Source: Octopus vulgaris (Eukaryota). From it: a DNA stretch of 64,000 bases. A program made the translations under genes and the position numbers. This document shows, one piece after another, positions 27,491-40,604 of this stretch. The first letter of the stretch is position 1. The number at the start of each line of letters is the position of its first letter. The stretch is from the NCBI GenBank assembly GCA_951406725.2, contig OX597814.1, forward strand, positions 24,242,001 to 24,306,000, given 5' to 3'. The notes below the pieces were generated by a model. That model was not told the origin of the DNA and searched no databases. It saw only the letters and a program-made list of their open reading frames with translations.

Positions 27491-29296
27491 TGATTGTACA
27501 ATTCGACAGACAGATGCATGTTACTATAAGTATGTAAAGGCTCTTAGTATGTAGGAATTTTACTTCATTCCAGCATATGCTAACAGAAGAAACAATTTTC
27601 TGTAATTTTAGTTATATTATTTTATTTTCATTGAATTAGTTTTTTGTTATCAAATATTCTCTTCTACCTTTTTTTTCCTGCTGTATCGAAGTCAGAAAAA
27701 TTGCAAGAAAGGTAGATGTGACAAAATTGAATGAAGAAAAGTTAACATCTACACATGACTGCAGGAAAATCGTGCCTGTGACATCCGGCGAATCTTTGAA
27801 TAAGTTTAATTTATTTCTCTTTCCATGTTGAATATTTGACCTTCTTCCCATATAGAGGCTCTTTTTAATGTTACCACAATAGCTTCTCCTACTGCATTTA
27901 TTTCTGTACTTCTCAGGTAAATCTTTAACATTATTCCATACTCAAGAGTCAACCAAATTGAGCTACAATCATGACAAACACAAGCTTTTTTTTCCTTCAT
28001 TCACTATTTTTGTCTCGGCTTTTGAATGTACAACGAAAGAAATAAAGAAAATATAGAAAGAAATTTGGAGAAAAAAGATTTCTGAAAATATATTATTAGG
28101 AGTAATGAACAAATACTGGTGGCAGCAAAGCAAGGAAGTTAAACATTACTTCCTCTTAATAGTATACAAGCTGAAATTACTAAAGGTCTTTCATTTGAAA
28201 ATCACAGTTTTGGAATTACATTTTCTTTCAGCCATTATATTATATGCCTTTTAATTGATCCACAAAATTATGAGTTCATTATATATTTTTGCAGGATTTT
28301 TCTGTCTTTTTCAAAAGACTGATTCTATTCAAATGGTAAACTAGACACAGATATTCTATACTGGCATCATTATCTTAATAAGTGAATTAAAGGTATCTTT
28401 GAAGTTGCAAATGATGTTCAATAAATATTTTCAGTTAGATATACAATATACAAAATACAAAATATGAAACCTCCCAACTAACACAGCAAGAAGTGATTTA
28501 ATGTTATTGCATTCCAGTTGTAGGAATATTCTATTTTGATGTGGCCAAGTGAACCTGTGAATAGGGAATAAATCCTGAAGCTGATGGGACATGATTTAAT
28601 TAAGACACTACTGCTTCTGCTGGGCAACAAAAGCTTGATTTCATGTTACATATTTGAATGTGTGGTCCTGGATGTCAGAAAAATGGAATCAGTAAGAAGA
28701 GATCACCTTTATCAACTGGAATATTTGCATCATTCTGTAGATGGATTGTTGTATTCCTAAATCAAATTTAGCAAACATTTTGAACATATTTGCAGTAAGA
28801 AAATATACACCATTAAATGAAATGAAATTGATAAATAAATAAATGCATATAAACATTACATTTATTTACAGAAACTTGGGCAATATTGTGGCTCAGTAGA
28901 GACATATATGTGATAAAAACATTAGATTATGTAGAGATAAGATTCAAGGATAGGCTGCTGAAAAGTTTCAAGAAAAGTGGGCTCACGCAACTTGATATGT
29001 TAACTGGTGAGGACTGGAGTGGGGAACAATATGGAAACCTTCAGCAGAGGTGACGTCAAATCAAAAAGCTCTGAGAAACAGAGGCCACTGTTGAATAAGT
29101 GGAAAAGGTAAGGAGAGGAGATAGCACATCTGAGGGACAGGAGTTAGAATGTGTTGTTGAGAAAGTACTTGTTGGTTGGCCTTAGTTACTTTAATAAGTT
29201 ATTGTTTGATCAGAGATTAGGCCTAAAAGAGCAGACTTGTAATCAAATGCATTCTAACTAAATCCATTGTCTTTCAATATATATCTATGACTAATA

Positions 29297-29540
29297 GGTG
29301 TAGGAGTGGCTGTGTGGTACGTAGCTTGCTTACCAACCACATGGTTCCGGGTTCAGTCCCACTTCGTGGCACCTTGGGCAAATGTCTTCTACTAAAGCCC
29401 TGGGCTGACCAAAGCCTTGTGAGTGGATTTGGTAGATGGAAACTGAAAGAACCCCGTCGTATATATGTTTATATATGTATGTGTGTGTATATGTTTGTGT
29501 GCCTGTGATTGTCCCCCAATATCACTTGACAAGTGAAGGT
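29297..29540 (+). mobile_element. SINE family B
   Basis: tRNA-like head, then gtggcaccttgggcaaatgtcttctac (CORE-like), gagtggatttggtagatggaaactgaaagaa, and an internal TA/TG tract. Confidence 0.9.
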
Positions 29541-29597
29541 GTACAGGACCATAGTCATGACATCCTTCATCATCTCCTTCAGTTTCATCATCATCAC

Positions 29598-29902
29598 ACA
29601 TTCGAGTGTGATCGTTCCCAGGGCCATGGATTGGATCCTGTGCAGGTAGCACGTAAAAAACACCTTCTGTGTGTGGTCATTGCCAGAACTGCCTGACTGG
29701 CCCACGTGCCAGTGACACGTAAAAGCACCGACTACACTCTTGGAGTGGTTGGCGTTAGGAAGGGCATCCAGCTGTAGTAAATTTGCCAGATCAGAATGAG
29801 CCTGGTCCAGCCTTCTGGCTCACCAGTCCTCAGTCAAACCGTCCAACGCATTCGACCATGGAAAGTGGATGTTAACTGACGAGGATGATGATAATGATGA
29901 TG
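29598..29902 (+). mobile_element. RTE 3' end with two ~60-bp UTR subrepeats
   Basis: cacgtaaaaa(a/g)cacc twice, then ggagtggttggcgttaggaagggcatccagctgtag and a (GAT)n tail. Confidence 0.85.
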
Positions 29903-31322
29903 AGTTTGGGGAACAATCAAAATTCACAGAGAGTAAGTTCTAAACTCTAAGGAGGGTGAGAGATAGTTTTGTTGCCAATCTCTATCAAGTAGTCAGTTAC
30001 CCAGATGGAATTGTGGACTGGAGTATTTCCCTGGAGCAGGCACTCTGGCCTTTTGCAATGACATCTCTTCTTGAACCCACTCAGAAACTTCACAAAGTAT
30101 GCTTTGTTGACTGTCTAGCCAAAGAGAACCCAGTGGATATAAATGATGCCATTACTTTCAGCAAGGAGATCATCATGAGCCTCTTGGTGGACTTGCTTTG
30201 CTTTGCCATCTTGGGTCTGCAGAATCCAGTATGTTTCCATTGGGCACTCTCTCTCTCTCTCTTTCTTGGTCTATGGATCATAACAGTAGATCCGGCTTTA
30301 CAGTTCACCAGAGGCTTGAATACTCTTGGATTGGATGTAAGGCGCCAAACCATTTCCCTGCTGTCGTAAACATATCTTTCCTTCTATTCATCACCAAGGA
30401 CTCTGGGACCAAATTTTGCTCATGTCCAGATCTCTATGAATAACTTTGTGTATAGTTGCCACACACTCCAAACTCTATGTTTATTGTCTTTATAATTACA
30501 GGATAATCTTTATCCAGAAAACTGTGAATTTTCTCTATCAGCTTTGATATTTTGATCTCCATCTTCCTCTCATCACCACCTCTCTATCATCCTTGAATTT
30601 CTTGTGCCAGTGGAAAACAGAATCTTGACTCAGAAAGAGTTTACCCATAAGCAATCTGGAGATTTTCATAAGCTTTTGTAATATTGGGTTGTCCGGAAAG
30701 TTTGTGCCAATTTGTAGTAGCTTACCTTTCGACTTATTTTAGAACATGGTTGAGTTCATAAAATAGAATTTGACTACACCTCTATTTAGAGCACAGTTTA
30801 AGCTATCTTTCCATGGAAAAAGGTTTATGTTCCTACAACCTGTGTTAACTCTGTAACCCTTTAAAATGGAAGATAAGAAAGTTCATTTTCGGCACTTGAT
30901 GCTTTGGGGACCAGACGAAAATTGCTGCAGCTCGGCTGGGATGTGTTACCCCACCCTCTATATTCACCAGATATTGCTCCTTCAGATTTCCATTTATTCA
31001 GGTCTCTGCAGAATAGTCTTAATGGTAAAAATTTCAATTCCTTGAATGACATAAAAAGATACCTTTATGAATTCTTTGTCATGAAACCACCTCAATTCTG
31101 AGAAGAAGGTATTTTCAAGTTATAGGAAAGATGGAGACACATTGTGAAACAAAATGGTTCATATTTGGCTGATTAAAAATGTAATGGCAAGTATTTATTG
31201 ACCTTTTTCTTTCTTTTAAAAATCAGCACGAACTTTCCGGACGAACCAATATTTTTACCCAGTCTAACACAAAAATTTATTGCATAGTAAGATTCTAAAT
31301 TGTCTTCACACCACAACTGCAT
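29903..31322 (-). mobile_element. Old mariner transposase pseudogene, interrupted by a second mariner
   Basis: ATG at 31322. Removing the insert restores MQLWCEDNLESYYAINFCVRLGKNITKAYE. Later segments read SAQWKHTGFCRPKMAKQSKST, NGIIYIHWV..G.TVNKAYF, NTPVHNSIWVTDYL and HPP*SLELTLCEF*LFPKL (the HPPYSPDLAPCDF motif). Confidence 0.85.
30684..31249 (+). mobile_element. Internally deleted mariner (DD34D family) with TIRs and TA duplication
   Basis: TA-ttgggttgtccggaaagtttgtgccaattt ... aaatcagcacgaactttccggacgaaccaa-TA. N-terminus MEDKKVHFRHLML (30866) is fused to LGWDVLPHPLYSPDIAPSDFHLFRSLQNSL. Confidence 0.95.
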
Positions 31323-32062
31323 TCATTAACTGGTCAGCTGTGACAAGCAATGTTTAGTAAGTTGTGTTCGAAATGCTGCTACAGCTATAGTAGAGCTGCT
31401 TTTGTTTTTGAATATAACTGTAAGAATGTAACTTGAGTGAAGTGTTATCAATTTTAGAGTGTTACCAAATAAATACATCAGAAGGCTATATCAGAACAAA
31501 CTTCATAATTTATTTGGGTTGCAATGAGAGTATACAATTGTTGTATGTAGGAGTCAAGAAAGGCCATTGGACTTACTATTACACAAATGGGTAGATGCAT
31601 ACTGCGATAAAATCAGTAAGAAGTTTAAGCAGGCTGATTCATTCCATAGAAAATAACAGGATTTGCTGTGTTAGGTTAATGTAATACTGAAGTTTACAGT
31701 GTTAAGTCAGTGAAATAACACAGCTGTTCATGTTGAAGTAATGCCATCAGAGGTAGTGTTCATTTGAAGCTCCACTGAAAATTGCTGTACTCTCATCAAA
31801 GTCTTCTAACTGCTGGCTGACTGATTGGAACAGAATTCCTTTCTGGACAGATGACACTGTATTTATAGCTTTATGACCAACTGCAATTGGCTGCAGTTGC
31901 CCAAGCAAAACTGTGTTAATCCATGACAACAAAATAGCACTTCCTTAACTTACTACATGACCCCACTTAAGACTGTAAGTTGATACAAGCAATATAAAGA
32001 AAGAACAAATAGAAGCAGTATATTCACACAAGTGCAAGAAAAGGCATGCACAAGTGACAAAG

Positions 32063-32590
32063 GGCACAGAAGTGGCTGTGTGGTAAGTAGCTTGCTTACC
32101 AACCACATGGTTCTGGGTTCAGTCCCACTGTATGGCACCTTGGGAAAGTGTCTTCTACAATAGCCTCAGGATGACCAAAACCTTTTGAGTGGATTTGGTA
32201 GATGGAAACTGAAAGAAGCCCATCGCATATATATTTATATATATATATGTATGTATAATTATAAAGAAAGGCAAAAAAAATTTCTATGCCTATATTCTGG
32301 GAAATAGACTTTATATTGTTAATCACCACATACAATATTTTTCACTATAAATAGACTGCATGTATATTTGTGTAAATGTTTGTGTGTCTGTGTTTGTCCC
32401 CACTGTGATCTTTTGACAACCAATGCTGGTGAGTTTACCTTCTTGTAACTTAGTGATTCGGCAAAAGAGAACGATCGAATAAGTATTAGGCTTATAAAGA
32501 ATAAGTCCTTGGGTCAATTTGTCCAACTAAAGGCAGTGCTCCTGGCTGCAGTCGAATGACTGAAACAAATAAAAGAATAAAAGAATATTG
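32063..32590 (+). mobile_element. SINE family B (head 32063-32230, tail 32350-32590)
   Basis: Same head as 29297; the tail ends gcagtcgaatgactgaaacaaataaaagaataaaagaata. Confidence 0.85.
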
Positions 32591-32884
32591 CTTGCATTTG
32601 TTCTTCTTCAATATGGAATAAAAAGGAAGTTGACTGGTCAGCCTGTTAGACGTATAGTAATGATAAACTAAAGCTACAACATTCTAGGACAACTATAATT
32701 GCCTCTCTTAAAAACGTTGCAAAACTTTTGTGATGAGTCTCATAAATACCCGAAAATAAATGAAAGTACAATAATATTGATTTCTGATATATGTTCACGT
32801 TCACAACTTTGGAAGCAGGTATGTTTAATTAAATTAGCTTCACTGACATACCCTTTCAGTAAATGCTACATTACTGGGCATTAT

Positions 32885-33393
32885 GTGGAGGTGCAATGGC
32901 CCAGTGGTTAGGGCAGCAGACTCGCGGTCGTAGGATCGCTGTTTCAATTCCCTGACCGGGCATTGTGAGCGTTTATTGAGCAAAATCACCTAAAGCTCCA
33001 CGAGGCTCCGGCAGGGGGTGGTGGTGAACCCTGCTGTACTCTTTCACCACAACTTTCTCTCACTCTTTCTTCCTGTTTCTGTTGTACCTGTATTTCAAAG
33101 GGCCAGCCTTGTCACACTCTGTGTCACACTGAATCTCCCCAAGAACTACGTTAAGCGTACACGTGTCTGTGGAGTGCTCAGCCACTTGCATGTTAATAAA
33201 TGAGCTGCGACGTCACTGGTGCCAAGCTGTATCGGCCTTTGCCTTTCCCTTGGATAACATCGGTGGCATGGAGAGGGGAGGCTGGTATGCATGGGCAACT
33301 GCTGGTCTTCCATAAACAGCCATGCTCAGACTTATGTCTCAGACGGTAACTTTCTAGGTGCAATCCCATGGTCATTAATGACTGAAGGGGGTC
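32885..33393 (+). mobile_element. SINE family C (tRNA-derived head, long body)
   Basis: tggcccagtggttagggcagc (A box) ... gtttcaattccc (B box); the 3' part from gtcactggtgccaagctgtatc is shared with 63518-63802. Confidence 0.85.
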
Positions 33394-33702
33394 ACAACTG
33401 GACATTATATATAATGTTTTTCCTGAATCTTTTCTGAATCATCATATGAATGGATTAAATATTCTATGAATTTTGCTATCTATTAATTAAATTAAATATT
33501 TGAAAGAGGATTATACAAACCACAAGCAAAACAAAGCAATGGCATCATTTTTATTATGATAAAGGAGTCATGATCAATGTATTATACAAATCCCATTAAC
33601 ATCTCTTGTTTTAATTATTGCAGTTGCCATTGAATATGAGAAATGGTACAATGTTGATCAAAATGTATATGCATTTTAATGTTTACTTTCAATCCTGAGT
33701 TC

Positions 33703-33837
33703 ATTATCATTTAACATCTGTTTTCCATGCTGGCATGAGTTGGACGGTTTGACTGAGGCTCCAATCTGATTTGGCAATGTTTCTACAGCAGGATGCCCTT
33801 CCTAACACCAACCACTCCACAAGTGGTAGTGGGTGCT
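33703..33837 (-). mobile_element. RTE 3' end
   Basis: catttaacatctgttttccatgctggcatgagttggacgg ... ggatgcccttcctaacaccaaccactcc. Confidence 0.85.
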
Positions 33838-34048
33838 GTTTTCCATTTTTCAGGAGCAATAAAATAAATTCTATCTAATTGCTGTAATATAATTTTACTG
33901 AGTAGATCTTATACAAATGCAGAGAAATCATTATCATCTGCATCATTATTATTTTTAAATTCTGCTGAGACCGACTTTGCATTTCATCATATATTTATAT
34001 CAAGCTTAACTGCATTTATCTCCATTACTATCTATCTCTCTCTTTCTC

Positions 34049-34124
<76 letters not shown>

Positions 34125-34130
34125 ATATGT

Positions 34131-34282
34131 ACTACACTCTCGGAGTGGTTGGCGTTAGGAAGGGCATCCAGCTGTAGAAACACTGCCAGATCTGACTGGA
34201 CTGGTGCAGCTTTCGGGCTCCCCAGACCCCAGTTGAACCGTCCAACCCATGCTAGCATGGAAAGCGGACGTTAAATGATGAT
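34131..34282 (+). mobile_element. Young RTE 3' end embedded in (TA)n
   Basis: By eye it differs at one position from the reverse complement of 45775-45926; (TA)n on both sides. Confidence 0.95.
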
Positions 34283-34302
34283 ATATATGTATGTATATAT
34301 GC

Positions 34303-34339
<37 letters not shown>

Positions 34340-34352
34340 TGTATATGTATAT

Positions 34353-34418
<66 letters not shown>

Positions 34419-35330
34419 ATTTATATTTGCATGGCATGAGTGTATCTTTACATTCATGTTTGTTGCCCCACCACTTGGCAACCAGTGTTCTTTTTCTTAG
34501 TTCCCCATAACTTAGTGGTTCAGCAAAATGAACCAATAGAATAAGTACCAGACTTTACAAAATGTATGTTCTTGGATTGGTTTGTCTAACTAAACCTCTC
34601 AAGTCCAATGACTGAAAAAAATAAGACAAACTGGTAAAAAGATATTCTCCTTCATTTTTTTAATCTACTACCATAGAATATGGAATAATTTAGACTTATA
34701 TTATTTTATCCTTTAATCTCTTGTTTGATCTTCATGCCATTTTTAGTAGATCTATTGGAGTCTTTGTACAGAAGCTCAGCCAGCTGATTTGTCATGAGGA
34801 ATAAAAGACTGTAACATTTGGCAAGATATGATTATAAAGTCCATAAATTCTTTTACACCTCAAGGCAAATCAACATCCTGATCTCTCCTACAAACTTTCA
34901 GATGGATTAATTTTTGCCAGTACAAACAACCACCAGTTATCTTTAATTCTAGATCTTATCCCATTACATGATCAGCTCATACTGGTAAATTCCATAGGAT
35001 CTTACAATAACCATTTTCAAAAATAGCTTAAGGTTGATGATCATGTGACTAATTCTTATGTATTTTGAATCCAAGTTTTTATTAACTTGCCCATGTCTTT
35101 TGTTCTTACTCTATCTCATTTTCATTTGTATTCTTTTTGTGCCACCTTGCTACATTCCTGCACTAAACATTCTGACAGTTTTTGTCTATTTTGCCAAGCA
35201 CCTGAAATGCACTATTGTGATGGTTTGTTTCAATTTTCATTTTAATGAGTTTTGTTTCTAATTCCTTGTTTTCATGGAGCTATGATAAGAGAAGCAAATA
35301 TCGATATAAAAATAGAATAAAATAAGCCAT

Positions 35331-35358
35331 TATTATTACTATTGTTATTATTGTTATA

Positions 35359-35408
<50 letters not shown>

Positions 35409-35417
35409 CATTATTAT
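35331..35417. repeat. (ATT)n microsatellite
   Basis: Directly visible. Confidence 0.95.
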
Positions 35418-38400
35418 AGGACAATACAATTGATTAATAGCTAAAAATGTCGCCAACATGTATTTTCTATTTCTTTCTTCATATTGAAGAAAAGAATTTC
35501 TCAGAAATCAATACATCCTTCTTTTGTGAACATTTATACTGGTTTCTATCAAAACTTCAATCAGAAGAATGACATTAATTAAGAACGGTCAAAGTTGACC
35601 AGCGATTGACTAAATTATAGCGTATGTTAAATTATCACAATTTTTCAATGAATTAATCGTAAACAGTATGCAAATTTATTAGATAACTTGCTAAACAAAG
35701 AAAATTCAGTGACAGCTATTGCTAGACTTTCTCAAGTACTGTGCAATCAATAGATGTATAAATCTAAAATTCAGTAGGTAGACTGATTAAACTGAACAAC
35801 AAAGAAATCTACAACTACTAACCCTTTAGCTGATTGAAAGTCATTTCTATTGGATCAATATGTTGGATGAAAACAATGCCTGAAAGCTATAATATTGGCA
35901 TATCATGCTTCTGGCTTTCACAGAGGAATTAAATGAGAAAGTAAGCAGATGAAAATGTGTCATTACCTATTCAGTATTTCTTGAAATTGTTTCATTGTTG
36001 GCAACAGTGATATCATTCATGTAGTGAGGTTTGAGTGTATTTTTATAAAGTTTATAGCATTTCAAATTTGAGATATCAGTACATTATATCAAAGCCTTTG
36101 GTTTATTGATTTTAATCTCTACATATATGTTGCATGAATATAATGGTGGCTTACTAATAAAATGCTGAGTTAGTAATTTTATGTTTGCATATTCAAGTTT
36201 GAACAATATTGTTCCTTCTTAGATATTTCTTCTATTTGACATTTGATAACACAAATGCCAGTAGAATATAGTGAATGGTAAGGTACAAATATTTTCACTA
36301 GTTTAGATGGTAGTCAAAAACAAAAACAAAAACATTAACAATAAGGAAGTTGTTTGTCTGATAGCAAAGAAATTACATCAAAAATATTTTTGTTCTTTTT
36401 ATATTTTATTCACTGTTATTAGTTAGAAAGTTTAATAAATTTTAAAATTTGATGAATCATTGAAAGAAATAGATGTTTATGTCTAATTGTGTAATGTATT
36501 GAATGTATATTGGTTTTGCAAAATAGAAATGTGCATATAGTAAATTTAAGAATTTTTCTTGTTTTCTTTTTGTTTCTTTTTGTTGTTTCTTTTTTATATT
36601 GCATTTAAATATTTCTTTGTTGAATACCAAATTATAGAATGATATTGATATCAAAAGTGAACTACAATAGAAACAGGTTCCCACGCACAGTTGCATAGCA
36701 ACAAAATTTCTTTTAGTTATTGATAATTACAATAATTTTTAGTTAAAATATATTCAAATGCTGACCACATATTTATCAAAAAATTTGTCTACATTAGATA
36801 CCATTTTTTGATAAATATCTATTCTCATTATGCAATGGAATAAGAGCATTATGTACAGTGATTATTGCCTTACATCTTTTGTAAAGGTGGCATACTTTTT
36901 TGCATGTTTGCCAGACTACGTGTGAATTTTTTTTGTGAAATTACTGCTCTTGTAATTATTATTTTGCAAATTTTTGTTCCATCAGATCATGCTTATCTAC
37001 CTCATTATGTATTTCCTTGATCTCTATATATTACCAGCTTGAAATAAATTTCCTTCCAAATTTTTAGAATTGTTCTTTTCATAGAGACTAATCCATATTT
37101 GTAATATTTAACAAGTGTCACTGCTGGTTTTCTATAAAACCATGAACTATATCACTGAGAGTATTTAAAATTATTCTTCTGAAATTTTAATTTCATTGCT
37201 AGAAATCACTATATGCCTGATATGTGGATGAAATATTTTCTTTTTTTAAACATGTTTCTTATAAAATACAGTGCTTATAAATTTCAATCAATTTTGAAAA
37301 TAATCAAAATATTTGGGAAATTAAGAAAAATAACTAGAGTTTTCATTATTAACTTGGTAGTTGCAACATAAGTTAATAACTGATTCTTCAGTAAAATGAT
37401 GATGTAAGGTTTTAATTAAAACATAAGCACTTTTAAGCGTTAAGCCTTTTGTATGTTAGAGTCAAAAGTATTTTCAAATAAATTAAATGAACAGAGAATC
37501 TATTCAAAGAATTCAGTAAAAATCTAGCTACTAAGATATTTGTTCAGACTCAATAATTATTTATACTAGGTTACAAAACTATTTGAAACAAAACAAAATA
37601 ATGTATTTGATAATCAACACAGAGTATAATTGAGATATCATTTATAGTTCATAACTTGGTTAGTAAAACAAAATCAGGTAGTAAACAACTATGTCTGACC
37701 TACCACCTATTCAAGAAAAACTATTTGCTATTTTGGAATGAATATCAATACAAATAACATAACTTCTAATAAGAAAGTATTGTTATATTTTATAAATTAT
37801 TCATCAAATAAAATTAGTTTAAATTTGTTCTCTCTTTTCCTAGTCTGTTACTAAACTACATCTTATTCAGCTATCATCATACTTTCTTTGCTTAGTAGTA
37901 TATAAGAATAATTTTGAAATGTCTCTTAGAAAATATTGCATATCAGAATTATACTTGACCTCTCATTATATGAGATATTATCAATAGAAAATATTTTCCA
38001 TCTAGTTTGAAGGAAAAGAAATAAACCATGTATATCTTGGTAAATTATTCTGTATTGTGAAAATATAACTTGGAATAGTGTCAAATTTTATAAAATAACT
38101 ATTCATGTTATACTGAGTATTGGATGATAAATGATAATATATCATTTGACAATGTGTAGATGCTTGCCTCCGAGTTTATTTCAGATAGAAGATACTAAAA
38201 TTAAAGACTTGTCATAATAGTGACTTTTATAACGTAGGTATATAGCCTCAGTCATTTAGCGGAAGGTACATGAGATTGTGTTGCTCATATCTACTACACA
38301 AACATTATTTAATGATATTGACATCAATGGGAGATAATATTAATTGCATATATTTTTCTCCCTTTGGAATCCTAGAATTAATTATTTCCACTGTCAAAGT

Positions 38401-39910
38401 CATCGAACAATTTATGATATGAAATGAAAATGGATTCAACAATCTATGTCTAACGTAGATACCAAAATTATGTTAAATATCATCCTGAAATGATACCATT
38501 TCATACATTTATCCATTGACGGGTTTGCTAAAAAATAATTTTTTCTTCTGCTCTCAAGAGGGCTATACATCAGGATCAAGATGTAAATTTTCTCAAGTTT
38601 AAGATTCTAAATAAAAATAGTTTATTCAGAAATGTGCTTAATCTACCGTCTTCTTTCTGTCCAGATGGACTGAAGTAAATAAGATTATTCTAACTAAAAT
38701 TTACTATTCAATCTATAACAGTTACTGTTCAGATTTAAAAATAAATATTCTGCTGCTGCTTTTACTTAAAAGATCAAAAAGAAATTTAATTTGTTTCATG
38801 TGAAATTGAATTTTTATTAGTTTTCTTATTGATGCAGACTGCAATTTAGACATCATTGTATTTTACTGACTACTTTATGATCTTTATGACATTATCCAGA
38901 CTATGCTGTGATTTCTTCAGGGGGTCTGTACCTGTTCCTAATTACACCCTGGAAGGCATTCCAGCAACTCCTTTGCAGTTGGCAAGAAGTGACACTTCGC
39001 ATTCCAAACTCAGCAGTGCTTTTGTTGTTGATCAGATACCATGTAGGGGATCAAATTTCAGAATTCTAAAAGGAATTTAGATAATTTAACATCTGTCATT
39101 TAACAAAGTATAAAGATGTGAGAATGTAATATTCCAGTATAAATTGTCCAAAGTGCTGCCAGCTTTATTCTACAGAATAATTATTAAAAATTTTAATTGG
39201 TTTAAACAAAGAATTTCTCTTTAATAAAATCCCTATTATTGTAATTATATTTCACTAAGACAGAAAGTAATAAACTTGTCGAATAATGATGCTGATATGG
39301 TATTTGAAGGAGCAAGTTTGTGGTAATTGTATTCTGACATTTATTTTCCACTAACTTTTGTTCACAGCTCTAAGTTTGGTTTATTTCTTGTTATAGAACA
39401 TTTCTCAAGTCCTAAATGAGCTACTTACAACAAACTGCAATGCTAGAAGATAACATAATCATATTTTGATAAGGAAATGAAGAATTATCATAGCCATCAC
39501 TGAACAAATTCATATATGTACACACACATGCACACGTATACACATGTACACATATATAATTCTAGTTATATAATACATACAAGGCCGTATCTTTTAGATG
39601 TATAAGAGTAACTTTGCCATGAAAATGCTCTGCATTACGGCTAAACAGTTCCAACTGAGCTGTGTAAATATGTTTGTAGATACACATCTAAAGATATTTA
39701 CTAGTAGATACTAAAATGAATATTTAATTAAAATTGCTTCAAAAATTAATTGATGCTCCATTCATTAAACAGTACTAATTAGTTGAGGGAAATCAGAAAT
39801 TGTAGGCTCATATATATCACTTATTGTAGTTTGAGTTATAATAAATTTTGTAGATATAGATTAAATAAAATGCTTATTGATAGATCAACCAAATAAAATG
39901 GGCAAATAAA

Positions 39911-39942
<32 letters not shown>

Positions 39943-40389
39943 ACTGAAAAGTCACTCAGATTAGTAGAGAAAGATAAGTATTACTGTTCTGAAGCTTAGT
40001 AATAAATCAGCATTTTCAATGTTGTCACTTAGTTTGCTAGAAATGTCAGTCAAATTTCTTTTACATTATACCATATTACTTTATAAAGATAATGATTCAT
40101 TGGATAACAAAACACTTAGGTCATACACCTTCCTCACTGGATAATTACAACCTTAGTTGGTCAAAGTTGAAATACTTATGATCATAGCTCTGCTACATCA
40201 AGGCAGACTTGAGGTAAAATAACAACAACCACCTCATTGGTCTGGGAAGAATTGGCAAGATCACAGACATCACCTTTTCTTCTAGGATTAAATAATGGCA
40301 ACAGCATAGGGTTGAAAACTTCGGGGAGAGTGTAGTTGATTCAGTTGATCCCAATACATAACTGGTATTTTATTTTATCAACTTTTTTA

Positions 40390-40604
40390 GAAGTATATAT
40401 TTGCCACTTAAATGTGGCTAACCACTAAGGTTGGATGCTACTGTAGCTTGTAGCCCCAGGAGAACATCTCCAGCTGGCTAAGGACATACTTTCTGTGCCC
40501 TATCAGTATTTGCAAAGGGAAGCCATCCTTCCCATCGTCGACCTGACATGATATGTATGGACCTGGGTTTCTGGGTATTTACCAGTCATCAGTGCATGAC
40601 AACC
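40390..40604 (-). mobile_element. Short structured retroelement fragment inserted in an old SINE-A copy
   Basis: GC-richer insert that splits a duplicated SINE-A segment (compare with the uninterrupted copy at 40668-40754); several hairpins and a terminal gccac-atttaa-gtggc stem-loop. Confidence 0.6.
40548..40604 (-). ncRNA. Type I hammerhead ribozyme-like motif
   Basis: Minus strand GTCATGCA-CTGATGA-CTGGTAAATACCCA-GAAA-CCCAGG-TC-CATACAT: intact CUGAUGA, GAAA and GUC cleavage triplet, with stems II and III. Stem I is weak in this copy. Confidence 0.55.

Noticed and set aside
32885-32960. tRNA gene
   Set aside because: The A and B boxes belong to a SINE head that continues into a repeated body; no complete cloverleaf or Pol III terminator is evident.
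36769-36818. 50-nt AT-rich hairpin
   Set aside because: A real inverted repeat, but short and almost all A/T; no evidence of function.
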